Shown: positions 47,991-61,764 of the stretch, piece after piece
Layout of the letters: each line of letters begins with the position of its first letter
Numbering within the stretch: position 1 is the first letter of the stretch
Assembly (NCBI GenBank): GCA_964234715.1
Contig: OZ174281.1
Strand: one strand, 5' to 3'
From: Podarcis melisellensis
Lineage: Eukaryota
DNA: 64,000 nucleotides
Position numbers and translations under genes: made by a program
Notes under the pieces: model-generated
Told to the model about the DNA's origin: nothing
Database searches by the model: none
Seen by the model: only the letters and a program-made list of their open reading frames with translations

Positions 47991-50299
47991 ACAGAGTTAA
48001 AGAACCCAACCAACAGCAAAATTAATTTACAATTAAAATAAATTAAAAGCCTGGTGAAAAATAAAAGTGCTTGACTGCTCATTTAAAAAGCATAATGGAA
48101 CAGTCCAGTCAAATCTCTCGTGGGGGGGGGGGAGTTACAGATCCCCATCTCATATTACCAACACACTTCCTTTGGCAGTGAAACAGATTAGGGCCTATGA
48201 TGATGTTCGTAAATGATGTACAAGTTCATTTTCCTTCTGCTACACAGTTCAGGCCAAAAACACACTGGGACAGCTCGGAGAATTGAGCTAATGTTCTCTG
48301 GGGTACAAGCGTAGATGTTTCTGTCTCTCACCCCTGTTCTAAGACCCTGGAGATTTTCTTGGGACTTTAAAATCCAGGTGAGGCATGACCCAAGGCAATC
48401 AGTGGCCCCTCTGAACTTTACCCTGGTCACATTCTGCAGCATAAGAGCATTATAGAAACTAAAAACTGGACTGTAAGGTATGCTAAAGACTTCCTGATCC
48501 CTGTTGTAAAAGCTTCTCTTAATCACTGTGACATATTACATTAGACGTACAATTTATTGTATCCAATACGCTCTCTACTGTTCTCTTTGCAGGTGGCATC
48601 AGAGAATATACTAAAAGCCTACTATAGTTGGTAAATAATATACTAATGTAATACACCCAAAGAAGACCTTAAGCATGTAACAGGAAACATAACTTTGATG
48701 TTTTCCTTTTTAAATTGATTTAGTCTGGGTCAGGCATTTTGTATGTTTATATAAGACACAGCTCATGTTGAATCAGTTATTACTCACTGCTGAATAGGCA
48801 TAATTCAGAGGTTCATTGTAAGAAAGTCAAATGTATTCCCTTACAGGTCAGTTGAGACTTATAAAAGACTGCAGAAACCAAAAATAAAAATTAGAAGTTT
48901 TGAAAAAGGATATAAATAATAGTGATGTATGGCTTAATCGTATTTATTAAAGGAAGCCTTACTTTCACACATTTCTCTTCACTCCAAAGCTAGGGGAATA
49001 TTCATATTATATATTGGGAATGTCTGGCTCTGAAGGTTATTGTTCGGAAGCTTTGGTTTCCTGGGTGACTGGGAAAGCCACACTCCCACCTGCCTCAGTC
49101 AGAATACTTTATACAGGGTTGTAAAGCTAAAACATGGAATATGGATGCACTGTAACCTGCCCTTAACCAGACTCCAGAGACCGTGTATGCACATTCTTTA
49201 GGGTCATGTGATTTTCCTCTCCCCAATGGATTACTGCCCTCAAATTCAAAAAGCAAAAAATAATCTGGTGCAAGCACTTTTCAAAAGGAGGACAAATGCT
49301 AGCTTCCATGTGCTGTGTATCCCATCCTTTATTTGAAATGTGCCCAAGAACCAAAATGAACTCAGGGGAATTTGAAGAGCAATTCAGAAGCTTGAGAAGG
49401 TGTCTATGGCAACACTTTTAATACTTTAAAAGTGTTAACTGCAGAAACTGCCTTTTGTATTCTGGCTGTTGAAAGAAAAATGCAGATTGAAGAATTATAC
49501 ATTTTTTATAACGTTCACTAAAACCAATTACTTTTCAACAAAAATGTCATATGCTTATTCTACACATGACAACATTCCCCATCCTGTTGAGAAGTACACA
49601 TGGAGCACTTTGCCACTTTCCACCAAAAACATGTGAAATTTAGTGGAAGACCACCACTGGTTAAGTTAATCAACAACTGTCGCTTTAGCAAAATAATTTA
49701 TTTTGGTGCAGTTGTCAAAATTGTGGACTTGCTTTGCCCCGTGCATAGGTCTAAATGTTAATAATTACTTTTTTAAAAAAATAATAATCAAGGAACAAGC
49801 TGAGACATCAACTTTTGTTCTCAGTTTCCATTTGTAAAATTGTAAATGAAAGAAAATTTCTGGACAGAACTGGACATGAGGCAGCAGTACTATTAATAGT
49901 AATTAGACTCCCCTCCCTTTTCCTTTTAAATACCGTACATTAGTAGTCATTTTAAAGTTACATTAGCAGCCCCTTTGAATAAGGTCCATGGCACCGGGGA
50001 GGGTTTGTCACCTATTTCCCCCTCCCCCACTTGCTATTTTCTCAGTCGGGGAAACAACAGATAGAGGTATCACTTTGATATTTGAATTTCTTCCATGGAA
50101 AAAAATAGGGTGTGTGTGTTATGGTGGTGAAGTAATTTTAATCAGGAAAATGGTGAGGGGATGACGACGACATCTTTAAGATCCTATCCTAGTGTTACAG
50201 TATTGATACAAATTAGGCGCACCTCCTGCTACTTGTTAACACTTTTGAAAAATGAAACGTCTTATTCATAGATCCCCTAGGTTGCATCTTGTCTGGCAA

Positions 50300-50424
50300 A
50301 TAATAATAATTTATCATTTATACCCCGCCCATCTGGATGGGTTTCCCCAGCCACTCTGGGCAGCTTCCAGCAGAATATTGAAATACGATGATTCATCAAA
50401 TATTAAAAGCTTCCCTAAACAGGG
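50300..50424 (-). mobile_element. L2 LINE extreme 3' end
   Basis: (AAT)n tail followed by tttataccccgcccatctgg...ccccagccactctgggcagctt, a pattern I recognise from lacertid L2 3' ends. Confidence 0.7.
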
Positions 50425-52374
50425 AAAGGCAAATGAGCCACCAACTGAATTTACATCAGCATTTTACACAGAAGTGGAAATGGTACACAATTGTTTTTCA
50501 CATAACAATGTTATTGTTGGTATAAACCCAAATTCCAAGCCACCTCTCATGATAACAGTTTTGGCATGGAGGTCTCATTGATCTGAGTCTGCACAGCAGC
50601 TGCCTTGTGCCACAAGTCAATATTATTCAACGTATAGACTAGCCCACACTACACAGTTTGTGCCCATGCAGCATCCAATTAGGGGTGGAGAATTTTATCT
50701 GATCCATATTTTTAACTGACCTAAATTTGAACCTCCCAGATTAATGCATGAATTAGGACGTAATTATCTTTTACATTTTGCACTTCCCTGAATTTTGCAA
50801 TATAGCGCTCAGCTCAAAAATTGTACCAAAATGAGTATGAACATCCATTTAGAAATGTGCATATTGAGGGGGAAAGGTAAAGGTACATTTTGTGACAAGA
50901 TAATCAAAGAAATATTTAAGTATTATTTAAAATAGATTCTTTTAAAAAACAAAAACCACCCCACCCCACAGATTAATGCAGAAAAGTGACAGAAAGGGCA
51001 TTGTGAATAAGCACACTATGTGAAACTGACACGGAGCAAAAATAGATGGATCTAAATTCTTGCAATGGGAACTGGTCTGCATGGCTGGTTGATTTACGTT
51101 AAATGAATGGAAGCTGGCAGCAACCAAAACACAGAGAGTTCCAAACGGCTTGCGCATGGCAGCTGTACTATGAAAAGTAGTCTAAGAGGCCTCTCACTCA
51201 CAGTTTATCTTAGGATATTAATATATTAATCTTTGAAAAATAATATTGAGCCTCTTCTTTGCATTTTTATCTCCACACTCAAATGAGCTTTATAAGCCAA
51301 AGGAAATCTTCTCACAAAACTTATAAAAGAATCAGCTTCAGGGCAAAATATGATAACTCTTTCCCCTGTAATGATGGCAGGTGAATGCCACTATAATGTG
51401 AATTTGTTTTCCATTTAGGAAGGTCAGCTTTAATGAAATGGACCACAGCATGGTCAGAATTGATTGTAGTACATGGATCCTACAAAAGCCACTGAACACA
51501 TGAAAGGAATTACAGTAGACCACACATCAAACGTTTTGGCCTTGTGCTTCCTTCCTCTTATCCTAGTGGCAGGAAATGCACTACATATCCCGTGAGGTGA
51601 CCAGACATTTAAAAGTAGTGCCTTGTTCCAAAAAGCTCTGTGTACAGTAATTTACCACAAATAAGCAGAAGACGGTTTTCCACTGCAGTTGTCTCTTACA
51701 CGTATATCTGGAGCACAATAGGGAGGGGAAAAAAGGTAAAGTATGGCAACTATATCTTTTCAGGATAAATGCGGGGAAATGTAAACGTCAACTAAGTTTC
51801 AGCTTTTTGCTGTGTTAATGTGTATTCTGCCTGGTTATTTTAAAAAGTATCTGTTTCTTGTTTAAACGCTTCAACAAAAAATTGAAGTGAGAGTGAACTT
51901 TTTTGTGCTCAGAGAGAATAATGTTGATTTACTTTTACTGCAGGACTTATTCTAAATGTTGATTTGATAGCTGTGCAAATGATGCAGATGCATAATTCTA
52001 AATGGAGGTTTCGTGATATGTTTGGATGATGAAACATTTCCACCAGTCACAAGAGGAACATAACTTTTCTAAATAGACTCAGAAAGGATGACAAAGAACA
52101 GGGAGTAATGTCAGCAGCAAGAAGAAATAACTGGTGCTAAAACCAGATGTAAGAACATAACACATTCTTTATTGATTTGTTTTACGGGTTAAATAATTTT
52201 AGCTCAGAACTCAACATTGCTTGTCTGTAACAGGACACTAGGTTTTGGCTTTCTAAAATATTACATAAATATTTGGCTTAACACTAAACTGAGGCAAACA
52301 ACCTCTTTCGGATTCTACACCCATTTTCATTTTGTCATACCTGGTACTCATTGGTTGCTCAAGGTTCTGTTTGT

Positions 52375-52451
52375 TTAGTGGTACAATACCTCAGCCTTAT
52401 CAGGTGCTGTATATATTCACCTGGAAGTACTGAGGTTGAGTTTCACTGAAC
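52375..52451 (+). ncRNA. MIR875: pre-miR-875 hairpin, antisense to VPS13B
   Basis: 5p arm AATACCTCAGCCTTATCAGGTG (52385-52406) and 3p arm CCTGGAAGTACTGAGGTTGAG (52420-52440) closely match human miR-875 as I recall it (5p UAUACCUCAGUUUUAUCAGGUG, 3p CCUGGAAACACUGAGGUUGUG). Basal stem ttagtg/cactgaa. A CNNC motif (CTTC, 52457-52460) lies 17 nt past the 3p end. The position in a VPS13B intron is syntenic with human. Confidence 0.95.
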
Positions 52452-52496
52452 ACAAGCTTCCTATTTACTCTGTGGATGTTATTTTGATGTCGGGTG

Positions 52497-52593
52497 AAAG
52501 ACAGAACATCCATAGTGTGTTTGATAAGCTGACATGGGACAGGAGTTCTTTTTTTACTGTTGTGTCAGTTTATCAAACCCATACGTGGATATC
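52497..52593 (+). ncRNA. MIR599: pre-miR-599 hairpin, antisense to VPS13B
   Basis: GTTGTGTCAGTTTATCAAAC (52559-52578) is identical to human miR-599 as I recall it. It pairs with the 5p arm GTTTGATAAGCTGACATGGGAC. The G-U pairs favour the + strand. It is adjacent to miR-875, as in mammals. Confidence 0.96.
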
Positions 52594-54507
52594 GGTCAAA
52601 TCCTCTAATGACCACACTGAAATTATTTAAATAGATAATTTATACATATGATATGTACTGTGCTCTCTATAGAAACAGAAAATATGTTACACACATTATA
52701 TCTGTACCATTCTAATTTCTTATGCAATTGCTTATACAGTATATAGTGGGAAAAATTAATGTAAGGGGGTCCACATTAGTTAATAACTGCATTCATAATA
52801 ACTGCAATCATAAGGAGGACCCAAGTTTATGATGTGAACTATATTCTATGGGGGTGAGGAGAAACCCAAGTTGCTATAGTTTCACACTTTTATTGTATTA
52901 TTTGTTGAACAGCAGGCATGTCAGAGTTTCCACAGAAATACCCAATGTGGTATTTCGATATTAAATGTGATACAAGCCAGGTTAATAAGAAATGTGGAAT
53001 TCTACCTAGTGTTATCAGCATCTCAAATAAAGCAGAAAAAATGTAAACATATTAAAACACCCATCCTGAGGTATATTATAATCTACAGTTTTTTTCACCC
53101 TGCTTCAGCAGCATGTGGGGCCTTACCCTACTGCCAAGCTGCATCAATCAACTATCCTTTCCCAAAGTTGAAATGCAATACTCTGCTACATTAACAAAAC
53201 TAACATTTGCTCTTTCTTCAAAGTCTTGTCTTCAGCTAATGCTTGTTCCAATGAATCAGTGAAATATTAACCATGGAAGACTGCATTGACAAAGAAGTAA
53301 CAGTAACTAAGTAAGATACTCTATTCTTATTCTAATTCACATGTTTTAGAGATGATAACTTTTAGTATGTTTGTTTTGCGAGTTCTATACTGTACTGGCA
53401 TGCTAGCCTTAGTGTCAGAATTCAGTAGAATGCGTATGCTGTGCTTTTGACTATTAAATGTAAAAATCTGTGGGAAATTATAATATACCCAAAGAAGCCA
53501 GGTGGGTGCCAAGGTGTACAGAATCACAGTCACTTCAGAGAAATAATGTATGTAAAGCATTTGATATACGTCTGTAAAACATTATATTCCTTTGATTTCG
53601 AGTAAAAGCTGTCTGCTTTCAGAGACAAACAAACAGTAATAAAAACATTAAAAGTTACCGAGCCCTGGGAAAGACTGTGAAGGTTTAGGGATATAGGCCC
53701 TCAATGAAATCTGCACATAAATATTCTCTGAAAGGGTATGGGCAATCGGGTTAGTCTAGAAGAGAAGGCAGGGAGAAAGAAATGAAAGCCAAAAATCTTC
53801 CTTATGATGAATGAGTGAACTGGCAATAAAGAGCCTGAGGCAAGAAACCAGAAGGCAATAGTCATTCATCTCAGCCTTTCTGAGTACTTGAAGAACTGTT
53901 CATATATTATTTCAGTACAGCTTACAAGAAAGCCACAAAGCAGGTCAGAATTATTAATTTTCCACAATGTGCCCCTCCCAACTGCCACTTGCTTCTCAAG
54001 TTAAGAAACAAAATAAGACAAATTTATACTATCTATTGAATTCCTCCTTTTACAGTCATGGATAAAGCTCTTTAAAGCGATTACAAAATCAATGTATTGT
54101 GGCAAGTTACCCTAAATTTATGTGTAATAAACTACAAATTTGGGCAGTTAGTTTTTTTTTAAAGTCTCTTGAATATGGTATATAAACTTGCCTTTGAATT
54201 TGTGATCTGCATTTTTAATTTTTACCTCATTACATTCCAATATTGCTGATGGGGTCTGGTGGAGAGCTCATGTAGGTGTTTGAATCATATTTAAAACTTT
54301 TAGTTGTCAAGATTTGCTATGCATAACTAAGCAGTTTTTGTGCCTTTCAGAGCTGTTTAAAATTTCTTGAGAGTTCTTAAACTCATATCAACTGCAGCTT
54401 TTGAGAATCAGATTGCATTTAGAAATATTACATGTTTAGAAATATTGCTATATAATTTAATTGGATGGTATCCAAAGCTCCAATTCTGCTAACACAAGAG
54501 ACTTGTA

Positions 54508-54702
54508 CAGTCATACCGCATGTTACAGACGCTTCAGGTTACATGTTTTTGGGTTGTGGACTGTGGGAAACCCGGAAGTACCAGAACAGGTCACTTCTGG
54601 GTTTCGCCACTCGTTCACAGGTGTGGCGCTTCAGGATGCGAACGCTGCGGGTTGTGGACGTGCCTCCATCACGGATTACGTCCGCAACCCGAGGTTCCAC
54701 TG
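54508..54702. mobile_element. Tc1/mariner (Tigger-like) MITE, second family
   Basis: TA|CAGTCATACC...GAGGTTCCACTG|TA with imperfect TIRs. Internal palindrome GAAACCCGGAAGT...ACTTCTGGGTTTC. CpG-rich. Confidence 0.75.
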
Positions 54703-54919
54703 TACTAGTGAAATGGAATGTCCCCCTTCTCCCCTCTCATCTGCAGCCCCCTCAAAATCAGCTCGAGAGGATTGGGGACTCTCTGAAGAGGTTCCTGGGG
54801 CGCATGGGTGGAGGAGAGGAAACTGAAGTGATCACTTTGGTTGTACCAATTGCTTTTGCAGAGTAATACACAAAATAATAATATATACTGCCACAAATCA
54901 CTGTACAATTAGAACACAA

Positions 54920-55655
54920 TATAAAAAAGAGTTTAAAACGACTTCACATTATAGAACATACATCTGAAGTGTCCAGAGCCAGGGTAAAAAGATGCATCTT
55001 CAGCATTTCCTGAAAGGTGCATAATGAAGGCCCTGGATAAATCTCTGTAGGAAGACACATCCACAACTTAGGGGCTGTCACAGAAAATACCATCCCCCAG
55101 GCCACTGCCCACAGAGATTCTGATGGCGGTGGAACAGCCAAGAGGGCTCCCTCCACCAATCTCAGCACCTGGGAGGGCCTGTAGGGAAGCAGATCATCTT
55201 TCAAGTATTTGGGGCCTCAGTTGTTTAGGGCTTTAAACTCTAACAGAAGCACCTTGAATTGGGCCCAGAAACGAACTGGCAAGAAGTGCAGCTGCTTCAA
55301 AACGGGACATCTGAAGGGAACCCAAGCCAGTAATCTGGCCATTGCATTTTGGACCAATTGAAGTTTCCACGTTGCTTTCAAAGGCAGCCCCATGTAGAGC
55401 ACATTACAATAATCCAAACCAGACCATGGAATACAATGGCTATGTCATCTCTGTCAAACAGTAGCTGATGAAATAGCTGTAGCTGAAGAAAGGCACTCTT
55501 GGCCACTAAGGCCATCTGAGCCTCCAGGGATAGTCTTGAATCTAGGAGCACCCACAAAGTGTGGACCTGCTGCTTCCAGGGGAGTGCAATCTCATCCAGA
55601 GCAAGTGGCCTCCCCACCTCCCAGGCATGAAGCCACATAACATCTCTGTCTTTTC
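54920..55655 (-). mobile_element. L2 LINE RT C-terminal/3' fragment
   Basis: Overlapping broken ORFs read DYCNVLYMGLPLKATWKLQLVQNAMARLL, LHFLPVRFWAQFKVLLL and FSVTAPKLW. Confidence 0.92.
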
Positions 55656-57028
55656 TGACTGATAAGCTATATGTATGTAAAGTTATTTCCAGTTATTCTG
55701 GGCAGTAGATTTGAGAATATTTAATACATGTATTTACAAAAACCATGGATGGTTGGTGACATTTTAAAAGGCACCTCTAACTCCTCTCACACAAAAAATC
55801 CTTACAACTCATTTTATTTGGATACAAATTTATGCACATATAACTACAACAGTAATTCGCTAGTATTCCATCATCTATTTGTCAACACCAATCTTAGTAT
55901 GACTATCCTGCTGCTGTCCACCAAAATTACTACTGAGTAATGACTGCACATTTGCACTGCCATTTGTTGCCAGATTAAGTATCTAGCAGCAAAAAAAGCA
56001 GCCCACAAGTTCAGCTCTTGGCTTCTGGGGCTCAGTGTTTAGGCTTTCTTTCAAACCAGCAAAACTGCAGCAATGTGTTTTAGGTCAAAGCAGAAAGTTA
56101 AGTTGCTCATCCCTTGCACATACAGCCTTGAAGAGCCTTCAATTTAGGAGATGGCTGTAGCTTGCTGCATTCATCCTGAGGTCATGCATGTCTTTGCAAT
56201 GGCATTGGGGTGAAGAGGAAGGCAAGCTCTTCACTCTCATCCTTGATGAGACCCAATGCTATTTTCCAGGGCTCCATGCATTATCCTCATGCATCAGGAG
56301 GCCTGGTCTCACTTGCAAAGAGGCTCATGGAAGTGGTTTCCCCAACCGATTTTACATCATTCCTATGGCCATTTGTTCTTTCCTAATTTGTAACGTGCAT
56401 ACATAATACTTAAATACCCTTGACATCAGTTGTTTAAATTTCTTACAGATAATGGCTGTAACCCAGGAGATTATGCCACTTGGCTGTTTAGCAGTAGCAA
56501 GAAAACTGGGACACTACACCCACTTGTAATTGTTTGAATATCTATAGACAGGATTTCAACTCTGTTTATCAGGCTATACATGCATAGACTCAGCAGCTTG
56601 ATAAGGAAAAGGAATTCTAGATACAGGCATCAGCAGATACTGTATACAAAATTCCTATCCAGCAAAGAATATGCATAGGGATGTTTTCTCTGCAAACATA
56701 AACTGGACTGGCCAGTGGGGTGAGATGGGTGGATCTCTGTTGTTCTCTCATCTCTGCTAGTATCAAGAAGGAGAGCGACAAGGCAGCACAGAGCTCAGTG
56801 TGATGCGGGTGCAGCAGTGGTGCATGTGACACTGTGCCCATACAATGCTAAACTCCTTGCTGCCTTACCTCTCACCTTCTCCCTGTTAGTACCAGCAGTG
56901 ACACAAGTTGTTGAGAAGATGGGAAAGCAACACAATCCCACTCACCCTGCCAGCTGCTACTGGGTCAGGCATTATTGTATGGTAAAGCATGATTAAAATT
57001 ATATTGATATCAAGGGAACCAAAGAATT

Positions 57029-57117
57029 CAGTGTGATCCTATGCATATTTACTCAAACTTAAGCCCTACTGGGTTCAATTAGGCAGATGTCTTGGTAACT
57101 GCTTAGGACTACAGCCC
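57029..57117. mobile_element. Short squamate MITE (GCAATCCTATGCATG...GGATTGCAGC type)
   Basis: Reads gtgtgatcctatgcatatttactc...cttaggactacagcc. Confidence 0.55.
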
Positions 57118-59665
57118 TGGTTGCAAACAAGCAACTATTTGAAAAGTAGCAGATACCACCTGAATGAAACAAGTAACAAGTAAGAAGTAAAACAGGAGGA
57201 CAGATTCCCATGAAATATCAAGCAAAACAAGAAAACATATAGAAAACAAACTTTTTAAACCTGAACAGTTTAAATGTAGTAAAATGGCAAACAGTAAACT
57301 ATTCAGTCATTTCCAACAGTATTGTTATGGTAAATTTTGGCAGCAAGAGGGAAAGTATTCCTTGAAACTTATTTCCTGCTGCAGGAAGCCACAGTGTACA
57401 CCATTGCTTTTGTGCCTGCCAAAGCCAAACACAAAGCCTTCAAGTTAAATCAGCTAAACATCAATGCACACAATATGCAGGAGACATATGCCAAAGACAT
57501 TTTTGAATGGTGGTTTTATGCCAGCTACAGTTCTTCGCACTGTCACACTAGTTTCCACTTGTAAGAAGATGTTATTTATATCAGTTACCATTAAATTAGA
57601 GATTTGTTTTTAGGTGTCTGCTAGTGAATTCCAGGGTTACTTTATATTAATACCAATGTTGGTGCTCCCATCAGTTAATGTATCTGGTAGGGCAGCACGC
57701 TGGATTCAGTTGAAGCCCCAATCGTATTGGGCTGATTTGGGCAGAACCAGGCTAGTCAGATGGAGACAGCCCCAGATTGCAGTGGGATGGGCATCCCATA
57801 TGATCTGGGGCATGGCGGTAGGGGAAATAGAGTAAAAGAAGTTTTCCTGCACATGCCTGTTCTGCAGGGGAGCACACGTGTACAGTCAAATTCAGCAGGA
57901 CTGAGACATTTGCTCCCCAGCTGGAAGCAGACCCCAGCAGGATTGGATCTTCCAGAGGATTCAGTCCTGAAGGCAGCCAGGGTCTGCTCTGCCAGTGTCT
58001 TCCACACATGGAACTCACTGGGAAAACAGCACCCAGCCCTAGAACAGGAGGAATTAAAGTGTTGTTCTTCAGATGGTGTTGAGATTCGACCCCTATCATT
58101 CTGAACCACTGGCCATGCCAGCTGTGGCTGAGGGAAATTGGGATTCAAAGGACACCATGTTAGCTAATACTAAAAGGATTGTGAAAAGTGATAACTTATG
58201 CTTCTCTATTTGTTGCTGCAGTACAATTCCAATCAGTCCCCGCCAAGATGGCCAATGGTCAAGAATAATAGGAGTTGTAGCCTAGAAGACAACAAGTTCC
58301 CCATCCTTAGTGTAAATTTTGCAATAAAAAGTAGACCTGGGATAAGGTATTGGTCCCACAATACTGGTGTAAAATAAACTTACCTAATGAATAAACAGAA
58401 GACTTTCCCCTTAACTCAATGAGGGGCTACTGATAAATCTATTTCAATAGGTGAACATTCCACATTGTAAAAAAAAGGATGGAATACGTTAAACAGCAAC
58501 AAAGCTGAAGAGGGAGATTTTTTAAAAAATGTGCTAAGATTTTAGAGAATAATTTTAAGAAGAAAGAAACCCACACCCATTCTCACAAAGCACTTCAAGA
58601 GCTGTGGTAAAAATTTGTCATAGATAAAACCTTGTGAAGGACATCAGAGAACCCACAAGTATTTATGGAATGAACCACAAGTGTATACAGAAGTTAACAA
58701 ATGTCTCATTACAACAAGGATATGGTTACCTTAGTAACAGAAGCATAGCCTTCACATTATATTCAACTTAAAATTCCACCATAATTAAAAGAAAGAAAAT
58801 AATCTGTTTTAAATATTACTAGAGAATACTTTCCAAACAAACAAAACATTTGTTGAAACCAAATACAATGTAAATTATATTTACTCACAAGCCATTAATA
58901 AAGAATGGTAACAGTAAGCTTTCTGAAGCTTTTCTGAATTATTTTACAGTAACACTGTTTACCACAACCAGGGATTTTATATGTCAATGTTAAACATATA
59001 TGGCAGCAAAGTATCCTTGAAATGACTGTTCAAAAACATATTTTTGAAATCAGCAGGAAGAGCCCAAGGGACAATGAAACGTTTTGTGGAAAGTCAGCTA
59101 TTTGCCCAACTGGAATTTGATTTAAATACAAATACAATCGCATGCTAACGGGCAACATCAGCAAAATGCACACTAGGGCATTTTACTGCTTTGGTCCAAA
59201 AAAGAATGCATGTCAGGCTCTCTAAAGCTTGACATACAGGGGAAAAGACCTGAAATCATATAATTTAATCACCCGTAGAAAACTGTTCTTCCAAATCCTG
59301 AAGACTAGTTCTCACATCCAAATCAGAGAGTCTGGAAAATTTGTAGAAAACAGCTCTCCAAATTTTCATAGATTTATTAATATCATGAAGCTACTTAGTT
59401 ATGGCAGTGCTCTGGTGTAATAATCTTCCCCAAAGAGGCGGTTTTAGGATAGCACAACTGGTTCAGCTGCACTGGGTGCCGTGCTGCTGGGGGCGGGGGG
59501 CACAACAGTGCTGTAAAACAGAGCGTGAGAGGCAAGGGGCACCAGATTTTAGTGTTGCACAGGCCACTGCTGAAATTTGAGAGCCAAAAGTTCACCACTA
59601 TTCCCAAATATATTTTTCTGCCCTGATACCTATGGTTATGCACCTAAGAAATAATCTCCCTAGAC

Positions 59666-59800
59666 CAGGCTTCCTCAGCCTCGGCCCTCCAATGTTTTTG
59701 GCCTACAACTCCCATGATTCCTAGCTAGCAGGACCAGTGGTCAGGGATGATGGGAATTGTAGTCTCAAAACATCTGGAGGGCCGAGGCTGAGGAAGCCTG
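59666..59800. mobile_element. Young hAT (Charlie-like) MITE, 135 bp
   Basis: Perfect 26-bp TIR CAGGCTTCCTCAGCCTCGGCCCTCCA and exact 8-bp TSD CCCTAGAC (59658-59665 / 59801-59808). Confidence 0.95.
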
Positions 59801-61381
59801 CCCTAGACCACGATGAACCCTGACTTCATTTTCTAGTAATTTTGTTGTCCCCGAGAGGGGGCAATGACAATAAAGATATTATTATTATTATTATTAGTGC
59901 TCTGTACGAATCTTTTTTCCTGTCAAGCATACAAAAACAGTATGTTGTTGTGAATATCAAGGTTCAGCAGCAAAACCATAGAGGCTGCAGAAAACTTGAG
60001 TAAATGATCCGACATGTTAAATATGGATTTAATTGTGATTAATACTAACAGTGCTTGTGCACAAGGGAGACTCACATTATCTGCTAAATTGAACCAGGCG
60101 CATTACTACCAGGCAAGATTTCCAACCTAAGTGAAGTTAAGGGGAGCCTCATCTTGGAGTACAGATTCATCTACCAGCCATTAAAGATAAAGTAGCCCCC
60201 ATGAACACCAGTCATGACGTAACAGGAGGTGAAAAGGGCAGCTCAATGTACTTAAATGGTGACATGCCTGCTGCTTTTAGACAAGGTGAAATAAGTGCTT
60301 CGAAATTCAAATAAGACAATATAGTGGGATATTCTTCCAACTTCATGTTTTCAGTCCTCTGAGAATTTGGTTCCCTACAAACTGCTTCCACATTCTAACA
60401 AACTTCAAGTATTCTCACAAAGGAAACGGCTTATTAATAGTTAAGGATGGGCAGCTGGATGCACGCAGGTCAACACCTCAAAGGTTTCCATCTAGCCTCC
60501 AGTATATCCTCTGATCCCAACAATAACACCCCGCGTATACCATGTTATACACCCTGACCACATTTTATCAAATGGAGACACAGGGAAGGAGCTGTTTTAA
60601 CCCCTATCATGCATGATACGTACATCGGGCTGTTGTTGAACATTGTATTGGGGCCAAAATAGACTAGTAAGATTACTGTCTGGAAATACAGAATGTATCT
60701 TTCTAGTCTTAAAACAGCAGTATCAGCTTCTTTACTGCTTCTGAGCACAATTCGTTGTTTAATTAATTAACAGTCAAAACCCTGAATGGCTTGCCCCCAA
60801 AAGGATCCCTTTATTTCATATGAACTTCACAAAGATCTTCCTGAGAAGATTTCCCCTGTTCTTTCTGCCTTTAGAAGTAAGGCAGGTATGAACCAGGAAT
60901 TGGGTCTTTTCTGTTGTGGCACCCCAGCTCTGGAATGCTCTCTGGACTCTCCTCTGCCTGGCTCCTGAGTAAAGTCCTTTTTATTTGCCCAGACCTCTTA
61001 GATCTGTGACTTGTTAGCTTTTATCCACATCTCTATTTGGTAAATACTGCTGTTTTGTGTTTGTTTGTTTGTTTTGTTTTTAATTGTGCATAGTGTTTTT
61101 GCACCTTGTTGTAAACTATCTTGGGAGAATTTTGGGGCACCAAAGAGTAGTACAATAAATATTCAAACAAGCAACTAAGAAAAGGTTCATCTGCCTGTTT
61201 CAGATGAAAATACATTTAGTTCCTGTTTCTTGGCTTGTATGGAACAAAGTTCTGTGTAGCCCTTCAGCTTTTCATCTGACAGAAATATGCCCCAGTGAAA
61301 AACTGGATGTCAAGTACAGCTGTAAGTGATTGCTGTATCAAAGTGAGAATGATAAACTGTGTTAACTGAGAGACAGTAAAG

Positions 61382-61515
61382 CAGAGGTGGAAATTTGTAG
61401 CCCTGTAGATGTTACTGGACTCTAACTCCTATCACCCTCAGCCAGCATAGCCAATTGTCAGGGATAATGGGATCTATAGTCCAGCAATGTCTGAGGCGCA
61501 GGTTCCCCATCCTCT
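61382..61515. mobile_element. Old palindromic hAT-type MITE
   Basis: Reads gatgttactggactctaactcctatcacc...gggataatgggatctatagtccagcaatgtc. Confidence 0.65.
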
Positions 61516-61764
61516 GCCACAAATGCATGAAGCCATCTAGTCTTTCTTCTTTACAGAAAGGTTATAGAATTTCATACCACAATGCAGCACTATAATCATG
61601 TATTGAGAGCTGCTCCACACATTACACACTGAAATTCACATGGAACTAGGTCTTTTAAAAATAAATTAAGCTTGAACCGATGAAGGAAGTTAGTCTATAA
61701 TGCTTCCATCCCCAAACTGCACAATGTGCCTCTCAACAGTACACAGTATAAAATACCCTACGTA

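Noticed and set aside
50950-52300. Further conserved non-coding elements (also ~11400-11800, 17150-17640, 25050-25600, 59000-59250, 63400-64000)
   Set aside because: They look repeat-poor, but conservation cannot be shown without alignments and no striking motif cluster was seen.
54461-54908. 121-133 aa ORFs
   Set aside because: They span a CpG-rich MITE and have no splice or homology support.
57752-58148. Three overlapping 114-130 aa ORFs
   Set aside because: No recognisable domain or VPS13B similarity; probably repeat-derived.
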